Below are positions 17,796 through 26,561 of a stretch of 44,113 bases of DNA, piece after piece. Position 1 is the first letter of the stretch. The number at the start of each line of letters is the position of its first letter. Made by a program: the position numbers and the translations under genes. The notes below the pieces were generated by a model, which saw nothing but the letters and a program-made list of their open reading frames with translations, did no database searches and was not told where the DNA came from. The stretch is from a virus, in IMG/VR virus record IMGVR_UViG_3300028422_000241; one strand, given 5' to 3'.

Positions 17796-20192
17796 TTTTC
17801 GGGTAAAACCGCGCTGTGTGCCGTGTGGGCCAAAGTACAGCGTGCTGGCTGATTTTTCCCAGCCCGGTGTTGCTGTTATAATGGCATTAAGCTCTCTGGT
17901 GTCTGTGTTTTTCATTTCTTTCACCTGTCCACCAAAAGCCTCACACCACACCTCAAGTGCACATATACGATCTCTCACAACCAGCCTAATGTCACCCTGC
18001 ACGCCGCCTGCCCAGAATATGCGGCGCTTATCAAGCGGCCACTTGCTCCAGTCCTCGGGCACCTTGCGATCCATAAACTCACGCACAACGCCCTCACGGC
18101 TGGATGCCTCGCGGTGTTCCTCCTGCTTAGCCTTGGCATCTTCCTCAATGGCCCCGGTAAGGTAAAGAGGCTCGCCGCACTGCCAGCGCATAACCGCCTC
18201 GGCCCACAGCTGATCAATTTCATTGTCAAGATCCCGCCACACGTTTTTTGCGTTCCTCTGTTCGCCGGTATCAATCGGCCAAAAGCGGCGGTTTCCGGTG
18301 GTGTCCTGCAGAAAGTCTGAGGTGTTGGTTGTTCCGAAGAATACGCAGGAGCGGGGCAGCTCTTTTACATTACGGCCGTATGCTGCGCGGAAACGATCAG
18401 CCCGGAGGCTTAAAAACTGTTTAATGCGGGCAACGTCTGTGCGCCGGAAAGCATCCAGCTCAGACACTTCAACCATCCACACGCCCTGCAGCAGCTCAGA
18501 GGCCTCTTTGCCCTCAAAGGTGCGTATGCTGTCATTAAACCAGCCACGGCTCATTTTATCTAAAAGGGTGCTTTTGCCTATGCCCTGGGGGCCGGCCAAA
18601 ATAACCATATTGTCATATTTGCAGCCCGGTGTCATTGCACGGGCAACGGCGGCTGTAAAGGCCTTACGGGTAATGGCTCTGTTATAGGCGGTGTCTTTGG
18701 CGCCGAGGTAGTCAATAAAAAGGGTGTCAAGGCGCGGCGTTCCGTCCCACTTTCCCCGCAGCCCCTTGAGGTAGTCCTGCACCTCATTGAATGAGTGGGC
18801 GTTTGAATGGAGGGAAAGGGCGGCATCAACTTTGCCGTTGCCGCTTATGCGGTAAACCTTTTCAAGGTACCAATAGAGGCCGTTATTATCGTTATCATCC
18901 CACAGCCGGCGTTTGTCCCGGCTGTCCCACGGCAAGGTGCCCAGCACCTCACCACGGCCCGCAAACTCGTTAAGGGCAAACTTGCCTTTAAGCAGGGGAT
19001 CGTGTTCCAGAATAATGCGCACGTTGTCAATGGTGCCTTTTATGGCGCCTGTCTGTTCGTTCTTTGCAAGCAAGCACATCCAATTTGCCGGATCATCCAG
19101 GTTGTCCGTGCCTATGCCGTCAAAGTCCTTTAGCGCCTCAGCATAGCGCTCCTGGCTCATAAGGGCAGACACATCCGGCAGCGCAACGGCAAGCTCGCAC
19201 ATGGCGGTGTAGGAGGGGAGGCGGTTGGTTGGCGTGCCCTGCTGTGCATCATCGTCCTTGTCACCAAACCGGTGCAGGCGCACGAGGTCAAAAGCGTTTA
19301 CGAGGCGGCCGCTGCATGGATCCGTTGAGTGGTGGCTGTATAAAAATTTGCCGTTATCATAAAGCACGGCGCCGCCGGTGGTGGATCCTCCGAGGTATGT
19401 ATATCTGCCGGGCATTGTGTCAACCGGCTCATATATACCAGGCAGGAGCTCGTCCATTGCACGGTGTATGTCATATGTGCGGCAGAAAGCGCCCACAACG
19501 CCGTTTTTGCCCTCCGGATCGCCTTGCTTTACTGCCAGCTTGGTAAATGTCTGCTGGCCGGGAATAGCGGGCCACTGCGTAACATCGTGCCAGTCTGAAT
19601 ATGTACCGAGCAGGCCATCAGCGGAAACAAAAGGCTTATCTGCAACCATGTACACATATTGACTGTCACGGCAGCAGCTGGGCCAGTACATTAAGCGGCT
19701 CACCTCAAAGGTTGTCGGATCCGCAAGCTCAAGCCCTATGTATTCGGCCATCCTGCGTATGCAGGGCTCGTATTCGTCCGCATTGACCGTGCGATCAAGC
19801 GGAAATAGCACGCGCAAACGAGGGGCAGCACTTTGATGCTTACGGGTGCTGTACACACAATACCCACAACCCAAAGCCTCTACACGCCGGAGCACATCGT
19901 CTGTGCCGCCTGCTGGGATGTTGTCAAGGTCGAGGGTGATAATGTCACGCCCGGTAACATTATTGGCCTTACGGCGTGGGCTGTTCAGAGTACCACCAAC
20001 AAAGCCGCCAATGTCCTTGAGCTCATCCTGCTGCGCCTTTTTCATATTTAGGTAATCTGCGAGGGTTTCCGTACCCCTCGCCGGTACTTTTAATTTATCC
20101 CATAACTCCGACACAAGCAGCGTTTGCGCGGTCCACAATGTGGCGCGGCGGCTGGCACCGGCAGAGATGGTTATCTTTCTATCATATTGCAT
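17787..20192 (-). CDS. Primase-helicase (VirE / P4-family, D5-like NTPase)
   Basis: 801 aa. Walker A LAGPQGIGKST lies in the C-terminal half and a primase-like region in the N-terminal half. AAGGAG RBS. Confidence 0.88.
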   Translation of the reverse strand: MQYDRKITISAGASRRATLWTAQTLLVSELWDKLKVPARGTETLADYLNMKKAQQDELKDIGGFVGGTLNSPRRKANNVTGRDIITLDLDNIPAGGTDDVLRRVEALGCGYCVYSTRKHQSAAPRLRVLFPLDRTVNADEYEPCIRRMAEYIGLELADPTTFEVSRLMYWPSCCRDSQYVYMVADKPFVSADGLLGTYSDWHDVTQWPAIPGQQTFTKLAVKQGDPEGKNGVVGAFCRTYDIHRAMDELLPGIYEPVDTMPGRYTYLGGSTTGGAVLYDNGKFLYSHHSTDPCSGRLVNAFDLVRLHRFGDKDDDAQQGTPTNRLPSYTAMCELAVALPDVSALMSQERYAEALKDFDGIGTDNLDDPANWMCLLAKNEQTGAIKGTIDNVRIILEHDPLLKGKFALNEFAGRGEVLGTLPWDSRDKRRLWDDNDNNGLYWYLEKVYRISGNGKVDAALSLHSNAHSFNEVQDYLKGLRGKWDGTPRLDTLFIDYLGAKDTAYNRAITRKAFTAAVARAMTPGCKYDNMVILAGPQGIGKSTLLDKMSRGWFNDSIRTFEGKEASELLQGVWMVEVSELDAFRRTDVARIKQFLSLRADRFRAAYGRNVKELPRSCVFFGTTNTSDFLQDTTGNRRFWPIDTGEQRNAKNVWRDLDNEIDQLWAEAVMRWQCGEPLYLTGAIEEDAKAKQEEHREASSREGVVREFMDRKVPEDWSKWPLDKRRIFWAGGVQGDIRLVVRDRICALEVWCEAFGGQVKEMKNTDTRELNAIITATPGWEKSASTLYFGPHGTQRGFTRKVF

Positions 20193-20236
20193 AGCGGTTA
20201 CTCCTTACCGCCCGCACCCACAGGGGGGGGCTTAGT

Positions 20237-20647
20237 CTATTTGAAAAGCCTGCCGGTTTTTCTGTCCCGCAGCTCAACGCGGTTGACAATTTCAAACCCG
20301 GCCTCGTTGGCAACAAACTTTATAACCTTAATTAAAAAGTTGAGTTTACCCTCGAGGGCGGCATCCGCTTGCACGATGGGCTTGAGCGCCTCGTAGGCTG
20401 TGGGATCTGAATAGCCCTCGCTGTTGCAATGGGGGTTGTTTTTATTTCCCATAGTTTTTGCCTCACTTTCGCATTTTGGGCATACTTGCCTGCCCTCTGG
20501 TATTTCACTGCCACAGCAAACGCATCCGCTCAGATTGATCATTTTTTCAGTGGCTACCTTACCGCAGTAAATGCAGGGCTCGCTTTCCGCATCCGTCCGG
20601 GTAGTGAATTGATCTCGCCCGCAGGCGCGGCATCTATATCTTGTCAT
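20237..20647 (-). CDS. Zinc-ribbon protein, function unknown
   Basis: Several CxxC pairs (CRACG, CIYCG, CVCCG, CPKC). GGAGG RBS. Confidence 0.5.
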   Translation of the reverse strand: MTRYRCRACGRDQFTTRTDAESEPCIYCGKVATEKMINLSGCVCCGSEIPEGRQVCPKCESEAKTMGNKNNPHCNSEGYSDPTAYEALKPIVQADAALEGKLNFLIKVIKFVANEAGFEIVNRVELRDRKTGRLFK

Positions 20648-20877
20648 TGTGAGCCTCCGATCCCTGCAAAGTCCTGGGCGGCGCTGGGCCTCTTTGGCTT
20701 ATAATGTGCCGCGCACTCGGGGCAGTAGTTGTACCATTCGCCATCATCACCTTTGACCGTTACCCAGCCATTACGCCGTACTGAGGCAACAGCCTCCTCA
20801 AAGGTATCTTGCTCAACAAGCTCATCGCCGCAGCCGTCACAGGTCGGCGTATAATAACCGTCATAATTCTCAATCAT
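20644..20877 (-). CDS. Small Cys-rich protein, function unknown
   Basis: 77 aa with CDGCG...CPEC. ATGA overlap with the next gene. Confidence 0.5.
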   Translation of the reverse strand: MIENYDGYYTPTCDGCGDELVEQDTFEEAVASVRRNGWVTVKGDDGEWYNYCPECAAHYKPKRPSAAQDFAGIGGSQ

Positions 20878-21188
20878 ACTGCGCTGCCCTCCTCTAAACT
20901 TTCACCGTCTGGCATTATGGTGTTTTTATCAACATAAAAACAGTAAGCGGCCTCAAGTCTTGCGCCAGGGCTCCGGCTAAAGCCGGGCAGGAAAGCAACA
21001 ACATCCGCTGTGTCAATCATTGCAAAGCACATACGCATATAGTCAGCCGGTTGTAAACCTTGCGGCATCCAGCAGGGGTTTAATACGGTGTAGCCCTGTT
21101 TTTCAAACTCTCTCTGTGCCTCGGCAAATTTTGCTTTATAGTCCGGATCGCCGGTGATCTTTCCGGCTATGTATAACTTAATGCTCAT
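20874..21188 (-). CDS. DUF4406-like (nucleoside 2-deoxyribosyltransferase-like fold) protein
   Basis: MSIKLYIAGKITGDPDYKAKF...ADVVAFLPGFSRSPGARLE pattern. AAGGAGG RBS before ATG 21188. Confidence 0.6.
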   Translation of the reverse strand: MSIKLYIAGKITGDPDYKAKFAEAQREFEKQGYTVLNPCWMPQGLQPADYMRMCFAMIDTADVVAFLPGFSRSPGARLEAAYCFYVDKNTIMPDGESLEEGSAV

Positions 21189-21438
21189 CGGGCTTGTCCT
21201 CCTTAACAGGCTCAATGTCTGAGGTGGTGGACAAGTACAGAGGCGGTACCGTGGTGCCGATCATGTACAAATAGATCCTGCCGGTTTTGTTGAGCTCCTC
21301 CAGTTCCTCCGGTGAAAGCTCAAAGCAGGTTTCAATGCCGGGCGTGCCGTCTGCATATGTAAAACGGGTGCCGGGCAGATCGTGGCAGCCCTCTTTTGTA
21401 AAAACGGTGTTTGTGGTTTCGGTTTCAATTACTTTCAT
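21178..21438 (-). CDS. Hypothetical protein
   Basis: 86 aa. ATG 21438 lies 8 nt after GAGAGG. Confidence 0.5.
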   Translation of the reverse strand: MKVIETETTNTVFTKEGCHDLPGTRFTYADGTPGIETCFELSPEELEELNKTGRIYLYMIGTTVPPLYLSTTSDIEPVKEDKPDEH

Positions 21439-21634
21439 TTTCAATACCTCTCTTTTCTGGTATGCCCAGCTGGTCCATTAAGTTTGCTATAACGCAAGCT
21501 GCCTCACGGAGGAGCCCCTCAACATTTCTGTTGGCCTCGTCACCTGCTGCCTCTTGCAGAATATCAATAAAGCCGAGCGGATCATTTCTAACGGCTGTAC
21601 ATACAAGCCGGTCATATTCTTTAATGCTTTTCAT
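21425..21634 (-). CDS. Hypothetical protein
   Basis: 69 aa ORF packed between flanking genes. Weak RBS. Confidence 0.45.
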   Translation of the reverse strand: MKSIKEYDRLVCTAVRNDPLGFIDILQEAAGDEANRNVEGLLREAACVIANLMDQLGIPEKRGIENESN

Positions 21635-22172
21635 ACTTATTTATCTCGTTTCCCCAGGCAGTCCAACCCGGTGCTGTATTTCTTGCAAAAAGCTCTATGA
21701 AAGAGTGATCCCCCCCCATGAGCTCAACGATCTTGTCACGGGTAATGTCCGGCTTTTGGGAGTGCGCCCTCAATGGCGCAAATATTAACTGACTAACGCT
21801 GGCACTCTGTCGGTGCGGTTTTCCTTTAACGGCTATGAGGCAGGGCTCTGTGTTTCCTCTGGTCCAGCGGCCGAGGCCGAAAAAATAACCCTTGCCGCTG
21901 CGGTTTTGCTTTATCCACTGAAAGCCAATGCTCTTATACTTAAAGCCCCAGGCCTCAATTACTTTCAATGCCTCTTTGAGCATTGGATATGTAGCCCACA
22001 TAAAGAGCACACAATCATCGGCCGCCAGGTCCTGCACCGGTAAGCTGCATATGTCAGCCACGCTCATTGTGGGGTAGTGGCCGGCAGCGTTGCCGTTGCA
22101 TCCTTTATCTTGATACCGCCAAGGCGGATCCGCATATATTACGCTGTATTTTCCATCGGGAAAAGGTATCAT
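21621..22172 (-). CDS. MT-A70 family N6-adenine DNA methyltransferase
   Basis: DPPW motif (VIYADPPWRY), 183 aa. Confidence 0.85.
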   Translation of the reverse strand: MIPFPDGKYSVIYADPPWRYQDKGCNGNAAGHYPTMSVADICSLPVQDLAADDCVLFMWATYPMLKEALKVIEAWGFKYKSIGFQWIKQNRSGKGYFFGLGRWTRGNTEPCLIAVKGKPHRQSASVSQLIFAPLRAHSQKPDITRDKIVELMGGDHSFIELFARNTAPGWTAWGNEINKYEKH

Positions 22173-22660
22173 AATTGCTTTGCCTCCTTTGCTGGCGGCA
22201 TATCCTCTGGCAACATTTGAAATGCCAATAAACCGCCTTTTGTTTTTCCAACCGGCTTAAAGCCGGCAAGCTCATAAGTGCGCCCCCAGGTTGGTTTACC
22301 GTGCACCATAGTGGGCTTTACTTTTTTAGTGTCAATAAAGGTAATCATCCCCAATGGTGGGGGCTCCCCATAAAAGGATTTTGTGGCAGCAACCGCATCC
22401 TTTATCATATCGGATGCAAGTCCGGCGCCCTCATTACGAAAAGCGGAGCAAACCCATGCGCCCGGCCAAGCGTGTTTTACATACTCGGCAAAGGGCCATG
22501 AAGTAACCCAAAGGGCTTTGCCGGTTTCTGTGCTGGCATATAATACGAGGCAGCGCCCAGGAGGTACAAACTGCGGCGTGCCCGGTTTTTGCCGGTTATA
22601 ATGCCGATCTGCAATTTCACGCGCCTTTGTATCCGCACGGTTTGAAAATTGCCATATCAC
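22169..22660 (-). CDS. Hypothetical protein sandwiched between the two methyltransferases
   Basis: GTG 22660 lies 8 nt after GGAGG. About 163 aa. No family recognised by eye. Confidence 0.55.
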   Translation of the reverse strand: MIWQFSNRADTKAREIADRHYNRQKPGTPQFVPPGRCLVLYASTETGKALWVTSWPFAEYVKHAWPGAWVCSAFRNEGAGLASDMIKDAVAATKSFYGEPPPLGMITFIDTKKVKPTMVHGKPTWGRTYELAGFKPVGKTKGGLLAFQMLPEDMPPAKEAKQL

Positions 22661-23432
22661 TTGCAGCGCCTCCAATCGGTGAAATGTATGTAAACAGCTT
22701 TTCTGTAACTGTAAACTGGTTGCCCTTATTTACATCCAAGGTGCGGGTAAAGGGCTTTTCCCACACGCATACAAAGTCTGGCGGTGCGGTTTGCTCACTT
22801 ATAAAAACCGTGTGGCCTGTGTCAGCAAGCAGCCGCATTGCCCGCCAAAACTCTGTGCTGTCAAATTTCTCGTTATTATAGCCGGTGGTGTTGTCATAAG
22901 GTGGGTCCGCATATACAACGGCGCCCGGCGGTATTTTTACTCTGCGATAATCACCGCACACAAACTCAGCGCTGCCGAGGTTGCTTAGGTCCTTTAATAA
23001 CGATCTTTTGCTTTGGGCGGCGTAGTTGGTGCCGCCCTTGTTTCTGGCATAACCGCCAAACCATTTGCCGCCAAAGCTGCACCCAAAGCCCACAAAACCT
23101 GCGAGCACCGGATCTGCATCCTTATTGGCTTTTATGTATTGGTACTGATCCTCGGTTATCGTTTCCGGTAATTCATAGCCGCTCTGAACGCCTTTAAGCA
23201 TTTGGATCAAATACTCGTGCTTGTCATTCAGTATGATGCGGTTATATCCGGTTACTTTGCTCTCAACGGAGCAGCTCCCGCAGAAAAGGCTAACAAAGCA
23301 ATCCCCCCCCCCCCCGCGGAGTTGAGGATCTGTGCCAAGGGTGTTGCTATTCTTGACTTTCCACCTTGGTACCTCATTGATTATGTTAGCAATGCAGCGG
23401 GCAATACGGCTTTTGCCGCCCATGTACTGCAT
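22617..23432 (-). CDS. Dam-like (D12 class) N6-adenine DNA methyltransferase
   Basis: N-terminal YMGGK, motif I-like LFCGSCS, catalytic DPPY (VVYADPPYD). AAAGGAGG precedes ATG 23432. Confidence 0.85.
   Translation of the reverse strand: MQYMGGKSRIARCIANIINEVPRWKVKNSNTLGTDPQLRGGGGDCFVSLFCGSCSVESKVTGYNRIILNDKHEYLIQMLKGVQSGYELPETITEDQYQYIKANKDADPVLAGFVGFGCSFGGKWFGGYARNKGGTNYAAQSKRSLLKDLSNLGSAEFVCGDYRRVKIPPGAVVYADPPYDNTTGYNNEKFDSTEFWRAMRLLADTGHTVFISEQTAPPDFVCVWEKPFTRTLDVNKGNQFTVTEKLFTYISPIGGAASDMAIFKPCGYKGA
23303..23315 (-). repeat. Homopolymer G13 (C13 on the plus strand) inside the Dam-like methyltransferase, encoding GGGG
   Basis: Plus strand reads at-ccccccccccccc-gcgg. The coding strand reads CGC GGG GGG GGG GGG GAT. 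Confidence 0.95.
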
Positions 23433-23451
23433 AGCCTGTCCTCCTTTGCGT

Positions 23452-25431
23452 TTAATCCTTCTTAAAGAATTGCCCGACCCAGCCATCCGCGCCGAGGGGT
23501 AGATCCGGCGCCCAGGGTATGGGTTGCGCCATGAGCTTTACAACGTCCTCAAGCGTGTAAGCGCCTTGCTGGCAGTCAATTACAACCTCATCATGGACGT
23601 GGAACACAACGGGGAGCCCGGCGGCCTCCAGGCGTTCAATGGCCTGCGCTAAGCAATCGCGGGCAATAGCTTGTACACAATTCTCAACGAGCTTGCCGCC
23701 GTATGTTTCAATGAGGCCCCACTTGTTTTTGTCATTCACGCCCATATAGGTAATTGAGGGGTTGCCCCAACGGTTTACGCCCAGCTTTGGATCTATGTAA
23801 TAGAGCTTACGGCAGGAGGGCAATGTAATGGTCATGCAGTTTGTGCCTTGGTTCATGTCATACTCACGAGAAAGCACAAGGCCGTTAAGCCCAATGCTGC
23901 CACCCTGTGAGATAACCTGCACGGCAGCGGCATCCATCTTGTACCACAGATCCCGGATCCGTTTGTTGGTTTCCCGCCACCTGCTTACAATGTCCGGCAG
24001 CTCGTCCTCACTGAGGCCCATATCAAGAGCGCCCATTGCAATAAGTGCGCCGGTGCTGCCCTGGTAGCCGAGCGCGAGCTCCGCAACCTTGCCCTTTGAT
24101 CGCAGCGCATACTCTGGGTTGCCCTTTTTTATGCGCTCAAGCGGTACGCCAAACATTTGCGAGGCAGAGGCCTCATATATTTTGCCATGAGTGCGGAACA
24201 CTTCAAGGCGCCACTCCTCGCCGGCCAGCCACGATATGACACGGGCCTCAATGGCTGAAAAGTCAGCATCAATAAGTGTGTGCCCCTCCGGTGCCACAAA
24301 AGCGGTGCGTATTAGCTGGCTAAGGGTATCAGACACGCCGCCATACACCAGCCTAAGTGCGTTAAGGTTTCGGCACTTTACAAGCTCACGGGCAAGCTCC
24401 AGCGGTTCTGTGTAGGTGCGGGGTAGGTTTTGCACCTGCACCAGCCGGCCGGCCCATCTGCCGGTACGGTTGGCCCCGTAAAACTGTAAGAGCCCACGCA
24501 CACGGCCATCCGAGCAAACAGCAGCCTCAATGGCATCATATTTTTTGGTGCTTGTCTTACCAAGCGCCTGCCGGATCTCAAGCATACGCTGTACCTCCGG
24601 GCTGTTATCGTCCCGCTCCAGCATCTTTGCCACTGCATCCTTGCGGAGCCCGTTTACTTCCTCGCCGGTTTCCTCCTCCAGCCATGATGAAAGCTGTGCA
24701 ACGCTGTTGGGGTTGTTCAAGCCGGATATTTGCATTGCCTCCTGCATGAGGCTTTCACGGACCGTGGCACCCAAGCTGAGCGCGCCCTCCACGAGGGTCA
24801 TATCAACCGCCACGCCTCTTGCGTTAATAATGAGATCCGTTTCCCATTCCTTTTGTACAAAGTCTGGCACTGGTATAGCTGAAAGCCGCCGCTCAATTTC
24901 CATTTCGGTTGTGACGTCCTGGCAGCAATACTCTTTGAAAAGAGCCCACCGGTCCGGTGCATGGTGTGGCAGGTTTCGTGTTCTGCCGCCGTTTGCCTTT
25001 GAGGGCGCACACGGCACGCAGAAATAGCGTATAAGAGCCTTGCCGGTGTTCAGCTTGCGTTTATCCTCCGGGAGGCCTAAAGCTCGCCCTGTGGCATCCA
25101 GGCCCGCCGTATAACCACAATATAAGCCGTGGAACATTGTGCAGCGCCATTGCTCCGGCGGGAGCTGCCTGCCCATATACTTTGACAGGCAGCCCCATTC
25201 AAAGGGAGCATTATAAGCGTGCTTTATACAGTCTGGTGAGGCGAGCGCCTCAGCCACCCAAGCGGGCAGCATTTCACCCTGCGCGAAGTCCACGCAAACA
25301 ACCGGGCTACCGTCAAAGGAATAGGCAAAGAGGAGGATCTCAAAGGCGGGGCTTGATATGTAGCGCTGTGCTCCTACCTTTCGGATGTCAACATCGCTGT
25401 ATGTTTCAAGGTCTATGTTTAAGTGGTGCAT
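23452..25431 (-). CDS. Family A DNA polymerase with 3'-5' exonuclease domain
   Basis: 659 aa. N-terminal exo motif NIDLETYS and C-terminal HVHDEVV (motif C-like). AAGGAGG RBS. Confidence 0.92.
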   Translation of the reverse strand: MHHLNIDLETYSDVDIRKVGAQRYISSPAFEILLFAYSFDGSPVVCVDFAQGEMLPAWVAEALASPDCIKHAYNAPFEWGCLSKYMGRQLPPEQWRCTMFHGLYCGYTAGLDATGRALGLPEDKRKLNTGKALIRYFCVPCAPSKANGGRTRNLPHHAPDRWALFKEYCCQDVTTEMEIERRLSAIPVPDFVQKEWETDLIINARGVAVDMTLVEGALSLGATVRESLMQEAMQISGLNNPNSVAQLSSWLEEETGEEVNGLRKDAVAKMLERDDNSPEVQRMLEIRQALGKTSTKKYDAIEAAVCSDGRVRGLLQFYGANRTGRWAGRLVQVQNLPRTYTEPLELARELVKCRNLNALRLVYGGVSDTLSQLIRTAFVAPEGHTLIDADFSAIEARVISWLAGEEWRLEVFRTHGKIYEASASQMFGVPLERIKKGNPEYALRSKGKVAELALGYQGSTGALIAMGALDMGLSEDELPDIVSRWRETNKRIRDLWYKMDAAAVQVISQGGSIGLNGLVLSREYDMNQGTNCMTITLPSCRKLYYIDPKLGVNRWGNPSITYMGVNDKNKWGLIETYGGKLVENCVQAIARDCLAQAIERLEAAGLPVVFHVHDEVVIDCQQGAYTLEDVVKLMAQPIPWAPDLPLGADGWVGQFFKKD

Positions 25432-25455
25432 CGCTCTTTGCCTCCTTGTTTTTGG

Positions 25456-26175
25456 TTACATAGGTTGTCCGGTGATCGGGTTAATTCTCACACCCTGTGC
25501 GGGCTGCTGCGGATAGGTGGGAGCAGCAGGCTGTTGGGGATAAGCCGGCGCTGCAGGTTGCTGCGGGTAGCCATAGGCCGGAGCGGGCTGCTGCGGGTAG
25601 CCGTAGGCCGGAGCGGGTGCAACAGCGGTGCCCACGCCGTCAAAGTCTGTGGCAGCTGATGCGCCGCCGGAAAGAGGCTCACCGTCCCTGGTTTTCATTA
25701 CGTTGCCCAGGCCACAGCCAACGCCCTTGCTGCCGGCTGTGTCGAAAGCAAAAAAGTTAATGGTTACGCGGGCATACATACCGCTGTAAATGTCAGCCGG
25801 CAAAAGCTCACAGTTTACATTTTCAATGCTTACCACCTGCGGCTTGTTCTTTGTGGAGGCAGTCAGCACCCAGCACCCTTTGCACTCGTCACCAAACGGC
25901 AAACCGCTGGGGCGCAGTCCGTCACCGTCATGCACAATAACCTTGGGCTGGGGGTGTGCGCCGCCCCACTTTTTGCTTACGCCCTCCTCATAGGCGGCCT
26001 TAATCGAGTTGTCAATGTTGGCCTTGGTTGCCACATCGGTTTTGGGAATAAGCAGCGTAACGCTGTATTTTGGCTCGCTGCCCTGCTGTGCGGCTCTGGG
26101 GGTTGTGAGGTTGACATACGAAAGGCGAACCTCGCCGGTTAATACCTTAGTTGCAATATTCTGATACATAATCAC
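25456..26175 (-). CDS. DUF2815 SSB-like protein with a repetitive PQQPA C-terminal tail
   Basis: N-terminus LTGEVRLSYVNLTTPRA is typical of DUF2815. Positioned between the DUF2800 and PolA genes. The start is uncertain (GTG 26175 or ATG 26169). Confidence 0.75.
   Translation of the reverse strand: MIMYQNIATKVLTGEVRLSYVNLTTPRAAQQGSEPKYSVTLLIPKTDVATKANIDNSIKAAYEEGVSKKWGGAHPQPKVIVHDGDGLRPSGLPFGDECKGCWVLTASTKNKPQVVSIENVNCELLPADIYSGMYARVTINFFAFDTAGSKGVGCGLGNVMKTRDGEPLSGGASAATDFDGVGTAVAPAPAYGYPQQPAPAYGYPQQPAAPAYPQQPAAPTYPQQPAQGVRINPITGQPM
25497..25620 (-). repeat. In-frame tandem repeat encoding (A)PAYGYPQQPA units
   Basis: Two near-identical 30-nt units (25556-25585 and 25586-25615) plus degenerate upstream copies. 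Confidence 0.7.
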
Positions 26176-26561
26176 TTAATCTCCTTTATTTCATTTAATA
26201 TTTTTACTATTTTAACCCAACGCTCATATTGGGTTTTGCAGCGCTTTACCTCATTGAGCAGGCGCTTGTTTTGCGCTTTTATGAGGCTCTTTTGCTTGTC
26301 CGTTAAGTCATAGCGGTAAGTGGTATCAATGTACCCGTTTTGGTATGCCGCGCTTGCCTGGTGCCAAAGCTCTTTGGCTTTGTCTGCTTTTTGGGGCAGG
26401 TAATCAGCCAAGGCGGTTATGGTGTCCTCGTTCCTCCATGGCTCTTGAAATACATAACCAAAGAGCTTTTTTGCCTTTGCAATGGTACAGCTTGAAAAGA
26501 ACGGATCAAGGTTGATCTGCATAACGCAGCGATCCACCAAAACGGTTATTGTGTCAACCAT
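26172..26561 (-). CDS. Hypothetical protein
   Basis: 129 aa. ATG 26561 overlaps the DUF2800 gene end by 8 nt. Confidence 0.5.
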   Translation of the reverse strand: MVDTITVLVDRCVMQINLDPFFSSCTIAKAKKLFGYVFQEPWRNEDTITALADYLPQKADKAKELWHQASAAYQNGYIDTTYRYDLTDKQKSLIKAQNKRLLNEVKRCKTQYERWVKIVKILNEIKEIK

